DNA of 38,899 bases from Salisapilia sapeloensis CBS 127946 (Eukaryota; Protista; Oomycota), in assembly GCA_023334545.1 (NCBI GenBank), contig JAADVB010000179.1, forward strand, positions 1 to 38,899. The letters run 5' to 3'. A model generated the notes under the pieces. That model saw only the letters and a list, made by a program, of their open reading frames with translations. It had not been told where the DNA came from and searched no databases. The stretch's first letter is position 1. Every line of letters starts with the position of its first letter. Shown in pieces: positions 20,415-31,400 of the stretch. The translations under genes were made by a program, and so were the position numbers.

Positions 20415-22934
20415 CTACGATCCGGTGCCTCCGCGACGAGCAGCCGAGCGTGGAGCCTGCAGCTTCTCCGGGTTAACTTCGTCCCACTCGATCCCGATCA
20501 CACGGTTAATGAAGCGGCTCTCCTTCTTCTCCGGCTCGCCCTCACGCTCTTTAAAGATGCCAAAGCACGTCTTGCACACTAACTTCTTCTCATGATTCGC
20601 ATGTCCACGTCGGATCCGGCCTGGGAATCCCATCGGGAACTTGTACAGCTCCACGGTCAAGGCACAGCAGTCATGGCAGAGTACGCGACCACAATGTGTG
20701 CAATTTGCCTTGCGCGTGCCAAATTTGAATTTCTTCTGACACATCATGCAGTTCGTTCGTTCCTTCTCAGAAATGAACGTCGGCGGGTAGTACACGTGCT
20801 CCAAGAGCACTCGCGTAGACTTTCGATTCAACTTTTCAAAGACATTGCGTCCTTCCGAATCCTCCACGTCGAGTTTCGCACCAGCACGCAAGAGCGCACC
20901 AGCAGTCTTTAGCAGACCACGATCTAACGCGGTGTGGATGACAGTCTGTCCGTCATGCAAGTCATTGGGGTTCGCGCCGAACTTAAGCAGCATGCGCGGG
21001 ATGAGGACGTTATCGTCTTTGTTCGTGATGACACTAATGATCAATGGAGTGAATCTGCGCGAGTTCTTGACGTTAGCATTGGCACCAGACTCCAACAAGC
21101 AGTGGACCATCGCAGGCTTCTTGGTTGCTGCAAAGTGCACCACTGTGTTCCCTTTATCATCCACCATGGTCAAGAGATCTTCTAGTGGTTGGTAGTGGTC
21201 GACAATGTACTTGACGAGCTGAACGTTTCCACTCTTGGCAGCCAAGTGGAGTCCACTTTGTCCGTGGTTGGGTTCTCGTTCCGCCAATGCGTCCGTGCCA
21301 TGCACCTTGATATGCTGCACCACGCCTCTCAGGTTTCCTTTCTGACACATCGCATGGACTTCGTCCAATGGCTGACTCTGCATCATCGGTTCATTCGTGT
21401 TTTCCATCGTCATGCGAATGGATTCCTTCGGGACATTCGAGTTTGTAGGTGATACTTCCGGACTCTTGGCCTGTGTGAGGTCATCTACGACACCAATGCC
21501 ACCTGCCTCGGATTCCTCTGGGAGAACAGGGACGGATTCCGTTTCAATCGAGTAGTTTCCAAGCATCGCGACGCCAGAACTCTGCTTTCGAAGTCGATCT
21601 TGCGAAGGCGAATGCTCCGGAGACTTATCTACCTCCGTGCGTTGCTTGTCTCGAGGTTTCTGGACCGTCGGTCGTTCATTCGGGAGTGAAGAAACGTCCG
21701 ACTCGACGCTATCGCTCTGGAAAGATTCTTGTGGATAAGTCGGAGGGATGGACGATGTATCGGACTCGCCGCTCTCACGTGGGAACGATTGCTCCGGGAC
21801 GCTACTACGCACCCATTTCGACATACCGGCCGAAGAGACTTCGGATTCACTATCGCTTCCTTCAATGTCGTTTTCAGCAGACACGTCGCTGGGTTTCAAC
21901 GCAGCCTTGACTTCGCTCTTCAATTCCGTCGGAACAGTTGGAAGGACGAGAGATGAATCACGTCCCTCCGAGCTTCGTGAGTCCTCCGAATCTTCGTACA
22001 CGACCTGTGGTCCGGCAGCCTCTCTCGCATCCACAAGCGAGTTGCGACTGGCCGAGCTTTCCTCCATGCCGACCAAGTCTGCCGTGTCTTCCACCGACAT
22101 TTCAGATACTTGGTGTGGCATGTCTTCGTCATGTTCTTCGATCGTAAGCTTGTCCAAGTTGAAAGACGTCGTGGGTTTCTCGGACGCTTGTTCCGACAAG
22201 ACTGGGCTACCGCTATAGCTTTCCACTCGGTTGCCTGGCGCAGGAGCTTCTTCCTCGAAAGACTCTTCCTCTGTCTCTTTTAGAGCTTGCTCCATGTCCT
22301 TATGCATCTGGTCACTTGGCTTGGCCATCGCAGAGTTTCCAGCCGACTTGTTTTGGGTCGACGCTCGCGTGGAGCTACGTTGGGAGCTTCTAGTGGAACC
22401 TCGTTGTGATCCTGCTTGGGAGTTGGTCGTCCAATTGGCACTCCCCGACTTTTTCGTCTGCGTGGATCGACGAGTATCACCTGGTGGTGGTTTCGAGCCG
22501 GACGGACTCGTCGGTCCATCACTCGTAATGACAAAGTGGCTCTGTCGAGTGTGCTGAGGTGCCGGTGGTGGCGTTTTGTCCGTGTCGGGCGATAGTTTAT
22601 GGAAACGTAATGTGGCTGGGAGGTCACATTCTTGTAGATACTGGACGACTTGATCGAGTGCGAGTTTGGAAAAATCTCGGAGATTGATGGACAGGAGATG
22701 GTCACCTGGTCCAACGTTCTTGATGCCAAATGGGAATCCCTTGCCAGTAACACGGCTCACGGCGACACCTTCGCCGTTCTCAAACGTCGTGAGAGCGACG
22801 CCCAAGTCACCTCCTTCCCAAATGAGCTGATACTCGATCATTTCATCCGTCTCGCTATCGACGACAGACTCGACGAAACTTCCGACCAAATCCTGGTACT
22901 CAGCCGCTTGTTCATGCATCCAATCTCCGCTCAT
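20415..22934 (-). CDS. PDZ + long disordered linker + ankyrin repeats + FYVE-type zinc finger protein, intronless
   Basis: PDZ-like GGDLGVAL...VGPGDHLLSIN, S/E-rich linker, ankyrin repeats (SGLHLAAKSGN, TVVHFAA, TPLIISV, TVIHTAL), 8-Cys FYVE. Likely start MSGDW at 22934. Confidence 0.88.
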   Translation of the reverse strand: MSGDWMHEQAAEYQDLVGSFVESVVDSETDEMIEYQLIWEGGDLGVALTTFENGEGVAVSRVTGKGFPFGIKNVGPGDHLLSINLRDFSKLALDQVVQYLQECDLPATLRFHKLSPDTDKTPPPAPQHTRQSHFVITSDGPTSPSGSKPPPGDTRRSTQTKKSGSANWTTNSQAGSQRGSTRSSQRSSTRASTQNKSAGNSAMAKPSDQMHKDMEQALKETEEESFEEEAPAPGNRVESYSGSPVLSEQASEKPTTSFNLDKLTIEEHDEDMPHQVSEMSVEDTADLVGMEESSASRNSLVDAREAAGPQVVYEDSEDSRSSEGRDSSLVLPTVPTELKSEVKAALKPSDVSAENDIEGSDSESEVSSAGMSKWVRSSVPEQSFPRESGESDTSSIPPTYPQESFQSDSVESDVSSLPNERPTVQKPRDKQRTEVDKSPEHSPSQDRLRKQSSGVAMLGNYSIETESVPVLPEESEAGGIGVVDDLTQAKSPEVSPTNSNVPKESIRMTMENTNEPMMQSQPLDEVHAMCQKGNLRGVVQHIKVHGTDALAEREPNHGQSGLHLAAKSGNVQLVKYIVDHYQPLEDLLTMVDDKGNTVVHFAATKKPAMVHCLLESGANANVKNSRRFTPLIISVITNKDDNVLIPRMLLKFGANPNDLHDGQTVIHTALDRGLLKTAGALLRAGAKLDVEDSEGRNVFEKLNRKSTRVLLEHVYYPPTFISEKERTNCMMCQKKFKFGTRKANCTHCGRVLCHDCCALTVELYKFPMGFPGRIRRGHANHEKKLVCKTCFGIFKEREGEPEKKESRFINRVIGIEWDEVNPEKLQAPRSAARRGGTGS

Positions 22935-23173
22935 GATTGTCTCCTGCCTATTGTGTTGTGAGCTATAGAATCCAGCACGATCTATTGCGCTATTTACGAC
23001 CGATCGAAGATAGTAACGGCGGCACCCACTTGTGCCCTGTTCCCATACAAAGCGCGACAGAAAATCCCCAAGAGACGTACGCAAGGATCAGAAGCTAACG
23101 GCTCTATCTACCATGACATGGAGACAACATGTACTTTGATATATTTGTACGCGATCAAAACGATGGATGAAAA

Positions 23174-25882
23174 CTATGCTGACGACTCTTGCCTCGTACG
23201 ACTGTACTCGGAAATACGTTCCAAGTTGGATAAAAGCTGGTCAAGTTCTCGTGCAGGAGACACTCGATGTTGTTCCAACGTCGGCGTTGACTCGGTGCTC
23301 GATGGACTCGTCACGGTTGTATCGACACTAAGCTTGGTCTGTTCCTGTCTCTTTAAACCAGCAAGGGACTTTTTTAGCTTTGAAATATCACTGCGCTTCT
23401 CCTGTACTTCCCTCGTCAACCTTCGTTCATTCTGCACAAGTGCATTCGATTTATCTCGTTCGCTCTCCAACTGCGCTTGCAAGCTCTCGATTTCACGCAC
23501 AAGACCACTCGTATGATCCTCTGCCGTCGACTGCATCTGCTTCTGGGCATTCAAAAGCAATTGCACTCGATTCGCGAGCTCTGACTTCTGTCCTTCTACC
23601 TCTTGTTTATCCTCCAGCACCTGTCGTAGCTCTTCCTGCACTCGTTTCACCTCCTCCTCTTTTCCCTTGACTACCTTCTTCGCCTTATGCAGTCGCCGCT
23701 TGAGCTCGACGAGAGATTCCATACTATCACTACCAGAAGACGATGTAGAAGATGACAAGGAGCTCGAGCGTCCACTTTCGTATCGACGCAGTTTCTTTCG
23801 ATACGACTGGAGCTGTGTCGACAGAGCTAGTCGTTCGTTCTGATCTTCCTTGGACTGATGCACGAGAGCAATGATCTTCTCTCCAAGTTCCAAGTTGCGT
23901 TCACCAGCATTCTCAATCCGATGCACAAGCTGCTGGACATCCTTTTCCAATTGCTTTCGTTCTGCCTCGAGCTTCTTCTCTCGATTAGACCGCGCTTCTT
24001 GTCCGGACACGAGTCTCGACTGCACTTGCTCCAATTCAGACTCTAAAGATCGTATCCGATTCGATAGACGTTCCTCTTCTTCCTTACAAGACGCAATCTC
24101 TTCGTCCTTCTGCTGCACCAGCACTTGTGATGCTTCGACTGCTTCATCCCGTCGCTTGCGTTCATCCTGTGCTTCCGATACACGCGTCTCGAGATCCTGG
24201 ATCTGATCCCTTGCTTCCTTTAGTTCGTTAAAGAGAAGCTCACAGCGTCTGTGTTCGTCTGCAACAGCCTGCTCCTTTGTCTTCTCTGCGTCCTCCAGTT
24301 TCGATTCAAGTGTCTGCTTCTCGTGGTAGAGGACAGAGTGCTGACTCTGCTCTTGCTGAAGACTCGACACTAGCTGCTCTTGTCTCTGCAATTGACCCCA
24401 CAAGTCGCTGATCCGAGCATTCAACCTCGAACTTGATACTTCCGACTCCTTTACAACTTGCTCCTTTGCCTCTTCTGCTTCCTGCAGACGACTCTTCAAG
24501 CTTGCATTTATGTCTTGGAGCGACTGGAGTTGAGATTGAAGCTGCTCTAGCTCTCGTATGGCAGAAGAAGCATGCTGTTCATCATTTAGTAGAGCGTGGA
24601 AACCAGAGTGGAGAGTGTCTGTGAGTGATGAGCGACAATCCTGGAGCTCCTGGTATCTCTGTTGCATTCGTTCGAGCTCTCTTTCCAACTGCTGTTCCCG
24701 ACGTTTCGTCTGTGCTAACGCTGACCCATTCTCTCGTTCTTCAAATTCTTTTTCCAAGAGCTGATATTGGAGCTTTTCCACGAGCGTCTCTTTCTCATGT
24801 GCACGCTTTTCGATTGTTGTCATCTGCGCTTTTAAACTCTTGTTCTCGTCTTCTAACAAGGTCTTTTCCGCCTGATATTCCTGTCGTAAACGTTCTTTTA
24901 AGCCAGTCATTTCAGACTTGAGCGTCGAGACGACGATACTCGTGTCTCGACTAGAGACTTTGTGTGTCATTTTATTTATTTCCTCCTGCGCAACTTCCAA
25001 TTGAGATTCGAGCGTCTCTTTATCACGTTGACACTGGCTTAATTGTGCTTCGACAGTCTCTTTATCAGTATCTTTCGACTGAAGCGTATCACGAAGAGAA
25101 GACAATTGATCGTTTTTATCTTCCAGAGACGATTGGAGTAAAGAGATTTTCTCCTGACTCTGTGTCAATTGAGACTCTAACGATGTCACTTGATCTTGAA
25201 CTGTCTTGTTGGAAGATAATTGCGACGACAAAGAGGCATTCTGCTGCTCTAGCTCTTGCTTCCCACTTATTAAAGACTCGATTTCAGATTGGAGCTTGGC
25301 ATTCTTCTCTTCTAGATGTTGAATCTGTTCCAACCGCTTTTCCAACTGACTCTTGTCTGATGTAAGCTGGTCAATCGTTGCGGTCTTTTGTTGGAGCTCC
25401 TGCTCGAGGCTGAGACTACGATTCTGTCCTTCTGTAACTTCTCGTTGCAGCTTGAGCTCCATTTGCTCCACTGCCTGTGAGAAGCGACTTAATTGAGATC
25501 GAAGTTCTCGATTCTGCTGCTGCACTTGTGTCTGTTCTTGCGTCCAGCGAGACTGCTGTCGCTTCAGTGCATCCACTTGGTCTCCTAACGATCGATTTTC
25601 ATGCGCCAATTCTGCCACTGAAGCTGCCGTTTGATGACCATCCTCGACATTTGCAAGGTACTGCTGTAATGTATCAACCTCAGTCTTAAACCGTTCCTCT
25701 CGTTGTCGATAGAACTCAATTTGAGATGACAATGCTTCAATCGTGCCTTTTTGCTCGGCATGCAGTTGATCAAGTGCCGACCCAACGTACCCATCGGCAT
25801 CATACGAGTCGTCATGATACCGAGCACTTCCCTCGCCTCGTGCAGTATCCATACTACTACTCCACGAGGCTCTTTCTTCCAT
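23174..25882 (-). CDS. Long coiled-coil protein (~900 aa), possibly cytoskeletal/centrosomal
   Basis: Uninterrupted E/Q/K/L/S-rich heptad ORF with first in-frame ATG (MEERASW) at 25882. No catalytic motifs. Confidence 0.8.
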   Translation of the reverse strand: MEERASWSSSMDTARGEGSARYHDDSYDADGYVGSALDQLHAEQKGTIEALSSQIEFYRQREERFKTEVDTLQQYLANVEDGHQTAASVAELAHENRSLGDQVDALKRQQSRWTQEQTQVQQQNRELRSQLSRFSQAVEQMELKLQREVTEGQNRSLSLEQELQQKTATIDQLTSDKSQLEKRLEQIQHLEEKNAKLQSEIESLISGKQELEQQNASLSSQLSSNKTVQDQVTSLESQLTQSQEKISLLQSSLEDKNDQLSSLRDTLQSKDTDKETVEAQLSQCQRDKETLESQLEVAQEEINKMTHKVSSRDTSIVVSTLKSEMTGLKERLRQEYQAEKTLLEDENKSLKAQMTTIEKRAHEKETLVEKLQYQLLEKEFEERENGSALAQTKRREQQLERELERMQQRYQELQDCRSSLTDTLHSGFHALLNDEQHASSAIRELEQLQSQLQSLQDINASLKSRLQEAEEAKEQVVKESEVSSSRLNARISDLWGQLQRQEQLVSSLQQEQSQHSVLYHEKQTLESKLEDAEKTKEQAVADEHRRCELLFNELKEARDQIQDLETRVSEAQDERKRRDEAVEASQVLVQQKDEEIASCKEEEERLSNRIRSLESELEQVQSRLVSGQEARSNREKKLEAERKQLEKDVQQLVHRIENAGERNLELGEKIIALVHQSKEDQNERLALSTQLQSYRKKLRRYESGRSSSLSSSTSSSGSDSMESLVELKRRLHKAKKVVKGKEEEVKRVQEELRQVLEDKQEVEGQKSELANRVQLLLNAQKQMQSTAEDHTSGLVREIESLQAQLESERDKSNALVQNERRLTREVQEKRSDISKLKKSLAGLKRQEQTKLSVDTTVTSPSSTESTPTLEQHRVSPARELDQLLSNLERISEYSRTRQESSA

Positions 25883-26070
25883 ATAATCGCTCTTGTCCAC
25901 GCACTTGATACTACGCTTTCGGCGGGAAGTCCATGGCACATATAGCTGTTAATTGTTGCAAATGTACCGTGTTCAATATGTTGTACCTGATATGATGAAT
26001 GGGTACGATATCATCTCGAGGAAGTCCGCCGCAGAATCGTGTGGTGACTAAGCTACTCCTCCTCTCTTCT

Positions 26071-26101
26071 TTCACTTCCGATTGCAACACATTTCAATTT
26101 G
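26071..26101 (+). promoter_or_regulatory. Tandem INR/FPR-like core promoter elements upstream of MetRS, in a divergent promoter shared with the coiled-coil gene
   Basis: TCACTTCCGATTGC and CACATTTCAATTTG lie 10-40 nt before the ATG and resemble the oomycete YCATTYY + AWTTTNC motif. Confidence 0.45.
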
Positions 26102-26111
26102 AAACGCTTAA

Positions 26112-28322
26112 ATGGAAGAGACTAGTGCTACCGTATCGTTGACACAACGTATGAGTCAATTGGAAACTTCGAATAAGGTCAAGGATGATCGGATTCGGGA
26201 GCTCGAGACGCTTTTGCAGCAAGAGCGTCGTAAACATGCGAGTGAGCCGGAAAAGTTCTACCTCACGACTGCTATCCACTACACGAATGGATACCCGCAC
26301 ATGGGTCATGCCTATGAGAACGTCTTGTCGGATGTCATCAGTAGATATCATCGCGTGTGTGGCCGAGATGTCTTTTTCCTCACCGGTACGGACGAACACG
26401 GTCAAAAGGTGGCGCAGACGGCTGAAGCTGCTGGTATGAAACCCATCGAGATCTGTGACAAGTACGCTGGTGTCTTCCAACAGCTCGCGAAGGACCTGAA
26501 CCTGTCCAATGACGACTTCATTCGTACCACGAGCGACCGTCATAAGACGTTTGCCCAGTGGCTATTCCAACGTGCGTTGGACCGTGGAGATATCTACCTC
26601 GGCGAGTACGAAGGATGGTACAATGTGCGTGAAGAAACGTTCGTGACGGAGACCGAAGCCAAGCAGACGGACTACAAGGACCCTGCCTCTGGTACTCCGT
26701 TTAAGAAGATGCAGGAAAAGTCGTACTTCTTCCGCATGTCCAGATACCAGGACCAGCTCGTTCGTCACTTTGAAACGCACCCGAACTTTTTGCAGCCAGA
26801 AGTGCGTCGTCAGGAGATCCTCCGACGTCTCGAAGAGCCGTTGCAAGACCTGTCTTGCTCTCGCACGACCTTTAACCACGGTATTCCGCTACCGAATGAC
26901 CCTGAACACGTCATGTATGTGTGGTTCGATGCCTTGTCCAACTACCTTTCGGCGCTCGGATACCCCGACAACGCTCGTTCGAGATACTGGCCAGCGAGTG
27001 TCCACGTGATTGGCAAGGACATTTCGTGGTTCCACTCGGTCATTTGGCCATGCATCTTGCTCAGCACCGGTATTCCGTTGCCTGAACGTGTGTTTGCCCA
27101 TGGATTTGTCAACGCTAAGGACGGCTCTAAGATGAGCAAAAGTCTCGGGAACATCGTCGACCCGTACGACATGATGAACAAGTACGGTCTCGACTCGTTC
27201 CGTTACTTTTTGGCTCGATGCTCACGCTTCGGACATGACATGCCATTCAGCGAAGACGATCTCGTGAACACGCACAACGCAGAGCTTGCCGATACGCTTG
27301 GTAACCTCGTGCACCGCACAGTAAGCTTGACGCAAAAGTACGCGGATGGAAAGGTGCCAGAAGTAACCGAGGTCGACCGTCCGTTTGATCCTGTGCAGCT
27401 GGAGAAAGACGCAGAGCAGGCGTTCCGAGAGTACTCGCCGCAGAATCTCGCGACGGCTGTAATGCAGTGTCTAAAGGACACGAACAAGTACTTGACGGAC
27501 AAGGCGCCGTGGCACATGAAGGACAGTCAAGGCCCAGTCGTCGTCGTACGCACGTGTCTCGAAGCTGTCTACATCTTGGCGCACTACTTGTGCCCGTTCA
27601 TGCCAGACACGTCTACTACGATCTTTAACAAGTTGAGTGCCAAGCAAAAGACACTGCCAGAGTTGTCTCCGAACTTTGATAACCTCGACGTTGGTGCGAC
27701 GGTGGAAGTGGGCGAGATCTTGTTCCAGAAGGTGTTGACGGACGAAGAGAAGAAGAAGGCGGAAGAGAAGGAAAAGGCCAAGGCTGGTGTGAGTGCCAAA
27801 AAGCAGGAGAAGAAGGCTGAGCTGCCGCTGTTTGCGTCCTTAGACATTCGTGTTGGCGTCATTAGTAAGGTGTGGAACCACCCGGATAGCGACAAGCTCT
27901 TCTGTGAAGAGATTGATATCGGCGAGGAAGAACCGAAGCCGATTGCGTCTGGACTACGACCATTCTACTCGCTCGAACAGATGCAAGGCCGCAAGGTCCT
28001 CGTGCTACTGAACCTCAAGCCAGCCAAGCTGGGTGGATTCAAGTCGCACGGTATGGTCCTGTGCGCTTCGAACGAAAGTCACGACCAGGTGGAGTTCGTG
28101 GAGCCGCCAGTCGACGCCAAGGTCGGTGAGCGCGTGTTTGTGGACACCGAGAGCGGAGAACCAGTGTCGGCTGCGCAAATGAAGAAGCAGAAGGTATGGG
28201 AAAAGTGCGCGCCATTGCTACTCACGAATGACGGTAAGGTCGCGACGTACAAGGGCGAACCGATCAAGACGTCTGCTGGCGAATGTGTCGCGCAGTCTTT
28301 GGTGAACGCGCACATCAGTTAA
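26112..28322 (+). CDS. metG: Methionyl-tRNA synthetase (bacterial/organellar-type core) with a C-terminal EMAPII-like tRNA-binding domain
   Basis: FYLTTAIHYTNGYPHMGH (HIGH motif), FLTGTDEHGQK, YVWFDAL, GKDISWFH, KMSKSLGN. C-domain LDIRVG...HPDSDKL...NLKPAKLGGFKSHGMVLCAS. Confidence 0.96.
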   Translation: MEETSATVSLTQRMSQLETSNKVKDDRIRELETLLQQERRKHASEPEKFYLTTAIHYTNGYPHMGHAYENVLSDVISRYHRVCGRDVFFLTGTDEHGQKVAQTAEAAGMKPIEICDKYAGVFQQLAKDLNLSNDDFIRTTSDRHKTFAQWLFQRALDRGDIYLGEYEGWYNVREETFVTETEAKQTDYKDPASGTPFKKMQEKSYFFRMSRYQDQLVRHFETHPNFLQPEVRRQEILRRLEEPLQDLSCSRTTFNHGIPLPNDPEHVMYVWFDALSNYLSALGYPDNARSRYWPASVHVIGKDISWFHSVIWPCILLSTGIPLPERVFAHGFVNAKDGSKMSKSLGNIVDPYDMMNKYGLDSFRYFLARCSRFGHDMPFSEDDLVNTHNAELADTLGNLVHRTVSLTQKYADGKVPEVTEVDRPFDPVQLEKDAEQAFREYSPQNLATAVMQCLKDTNKYLTDKAPWHMKDSQGPVVVVRTCLEAVYILAHYLCPFMPDTSTTIFNKLSAKQKTLPELSPNFDNLDVGATVEVGEILFQKVLTDEEKKKAEEKEKAKAGVSAKKQEKKAELPLFASLDIRVGVISKVWNHPDSDKLFCEEIDIGEEEPKPIASGLRPFYSLEQMQGRKVLVLLNLKPAKLGGFKSHGMVLCASNESHDQVEFVEPPVDAKVGERVFVDTESGEPVSAAQMKKQKVWEKCAPLLLTNDGKVATYKGEPIKTSAGECVAQSLVNAHIS

Positions 28323-28468
28323 GGACGATGCAGTGCAGTCTTGAATGTGCCCTTGTAGGCTCACGTAGGAAGAGAATGAAAGCACTTTGATTTCGAGTTA
28401 TGGCGTCGATAAGTCGGTTTTATTACTTCTGTAGGTGTTGAAACGTCCGAGGTGTGGCAGTGGAAAAG

Positions 28469-31400
28469 ATGCAAGCTGGGGACACGTCGGAAATCCTTGT
28501 CAATGCTATCTATCAAAGATACTCGTTTCAACCGCGCAAGAAGGTTGACTTGAGCGTATACACTCCATTGATCGGAGGTAAGCAGGGAGATGTAGATGAG
28601 TTGATTGCAGCACATCTTTCGGAGGAATGCGTTCAACTTATTTTGAAAGGATTGCCAGCACTTGGCTGTGCTAAAGGTATGGCAGAAGAGTGTATGATAG
28701 AGTTGCCGTAGATGGGTGGATACTGACAATGGTGTAGATTACCGACGGTTGCTTAAGCGATGCATTCGACTGCGGGAACTCAACGTATCGGATGCAACGA
28801 ATCTTAGCGTAAGCTGACACTTGTGCATGTATTTGCTGATCTCTCTCACTTCCAGCTGCACATTAGAAAGCTGCTTTCGTCGCCATTGCACAGCAGTGCC
28901 CTCACATTGATACGCTTGTGCTGAGCGACTTGGACTACCTCACAGACAGTCTAGTGAAAAAGATACTGACAAGTTTTCACAATCTCCACTCTATCGATAT
29001 TGGAGGGTGTGATGCTTTGACGGATGCTGCCATAAAAGTCATTACGACAAACGTGGTCTTTCTAAGGTCCATTCGCGTCGACGACTGTTATCGTGTTTCT
29101 GACCGCTCTATGAAGCCAATGATGGAGACTCATGGCCACAACCTTCGACTTGTATCCTTTCGACGCTGTGTAAAAGTCACCAACGCTACATTGAGGCAGC
29201 TTCTCGCGACTAAACCGAAGGAGCTTATCGAATTAAACGCGGCAGGCTGCACGTCCTTAAGTGATGAAGCGACAGAATTTCTTACAACTGTACCGGCGTA
29301 CTTTGGGGAACGAAAGTTGCCAGGCTACGAAAACTTGCGCCGAATCGATATCTCTGGATGCTACAAGTTTACCAGTCTCACGTGCAGTTGGATAGCGGCT
29401 GCTTGTCCTCTCTTGCTTTGTTTAAACATATTTGGTTGTACTGGAATATGTGATAAAGGGGTCAAAGCCATCGCGTGTCTGCAATATTTAGAGGATTTAG
29501 ACATATCTGGTTGTGTCAACTTGACAGTGAGCGGCTTAATGCATCTGTTTAGTGCTGCACCCACCACATCGTACCTGCACGAAAGTCAAACTGTTTCTAG
29601 ACAGCCCTTCGTGAGGTTGGCGATGCAAAACGTCCAGTCTCTTTCGGACCCGCATGTACTTGCCATCATTGGTTCTAGCTCCAAACAGCTATGCTACCTA
29701 GATATATCTTTTACTTCAGCTATATCCCCCGCGACACTAGCCCAGCTCGTGCGTGTCTGTAAGAATGTTGAAGAGCTATATCTAAGACGTCAACCAGGTG
29801 TCAATCGCATGGTCATGGCGATGCTTGCAACAAACAACTTTAAGCTTCAGGTGCTAGACTTACGTGAATGTATTGGCGTCGATGATCTTGCATTATATCC
29901 GTTACTTGTGATGAGATCGCTTCGAAAGTTGTATCTCTCAGGCTGTTCTAAGATCTCTGCAAAAGGTATGAAGACACTCCCACCAACATTGACTGAGTTG
30001 CACTTGCAATATCTTCCTCAAAACGTAGTCACAGATTATGTTTGTGAAACTATCGGTCCTCGTTGCCGAATGTTAGAAGTACTAGATTTATCTTACTGCT
30101 GTGGTATTTCTACGACTGGTGTTCGAAAGATCCTTCAATGCTGTCAATATCTCTACAGTCTAAATATATACGACTGCAAGACCATCACCATCGAGCAACT
30201 TGACCAGATACTCCAGAAAGATGAAAGAGTTCGCTACGGTGTTGAGGTTCTTCACGATGAAGAAATGAAATATTTTGGTTTTCATTCGTCTGACCCACAA
30301 GTTGCGATGAAGGCGCGTGCACGGGAAAAGGAACTGGCAGCTTATCGACGACTTAATGCCGCCGCTACGTGGATACAGAACTTTTACCAAAGCTATCGTC
30401 GTCGTTTGGCAACCACGAAAGACCGCAAACAGCGAGAATGGAATGAGTTCTGCGCTGTAATTGATATCCAACGCACTTGGAGAGGGTACTATGCTCGAAG
30501 AGCGTACACTGTACATAAGCAGAAGTTTGTGAACTTTGTCGTCAAACTCCAGCGTCTTTGGCGTAGAATTATTGAGTCTAGAAAAATTCGTAGAGCAATT
30601 GGTTTCTGGACGAACCGAATTCTCATGATTCGCTTTATTCAATGGAAAGCAGCGTTCCAACGTTTGCAAATGGAGAGAATAAGAGCAAAGAATCATCTAC
30701 ATTCTGTCAAGGCATTACAGTTTTTCACAGAGCGACGTGCAGGTCCTATTTTCTATGCCTGGCGGAAGCACATATTGAGAGAACGAGAAGTGAAGAGTAA
30801 GGTCTTGAACTTCTTACGATACAAGTCGCTGCCAAAAGTGTTGTCCGCTTGGAGAGAATTGTTAGCATACGACAAAGAACGTCAATGGAAACTCTCCGTT
30901 GTTTTCTTAAACGTTGCAGATCTGGAAACATACAACTCAAGTGTTCAACGCCCTCTTGTCGATCGATCATACAATGCAGTAAAGAAATTAGTTTGGAGGC
31001 GATGGAAACAATTTGCTTCAGTACAAAAGAGCTTTGTCATGAAAGCTGCATTTTCTATTATTTCTGGGGTAACGCTACGGTGCATAAATAACCATTGTAC
31101 GCACGTTCTAACGTATTTTAATTGCCTATAGAGCCTGCTGCACTGGGGATTTCGTCAATGGAACCAAAATGCAAAGCGAAAGAAGCATTTACGAGAGAAA
31201 ACGAAGAAGATTGCTCGGAGACTTGTTCATCGCGATATATTGTGCGTTTGGAATGGCTGGCGAGACTATATCGAGCGGAAAAAAGCAATGAAGCGGGCAC
31301 TTGCTCTGCTATCCAACAGTATCGTGAACAAAACATGGTTTGCATGGAAGCGAGAGCATGAGCATACAGTCGCCTTACGCCAGATTTCAGGGAAGCTTAT

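Noticed and set aside
23174-25882. SMC/myosin-tail-like similarity of the coiled-coil gene
   Set aside because: Generic heptad composition with no ATPase head or hinge motifs, so no gene name was assigned.
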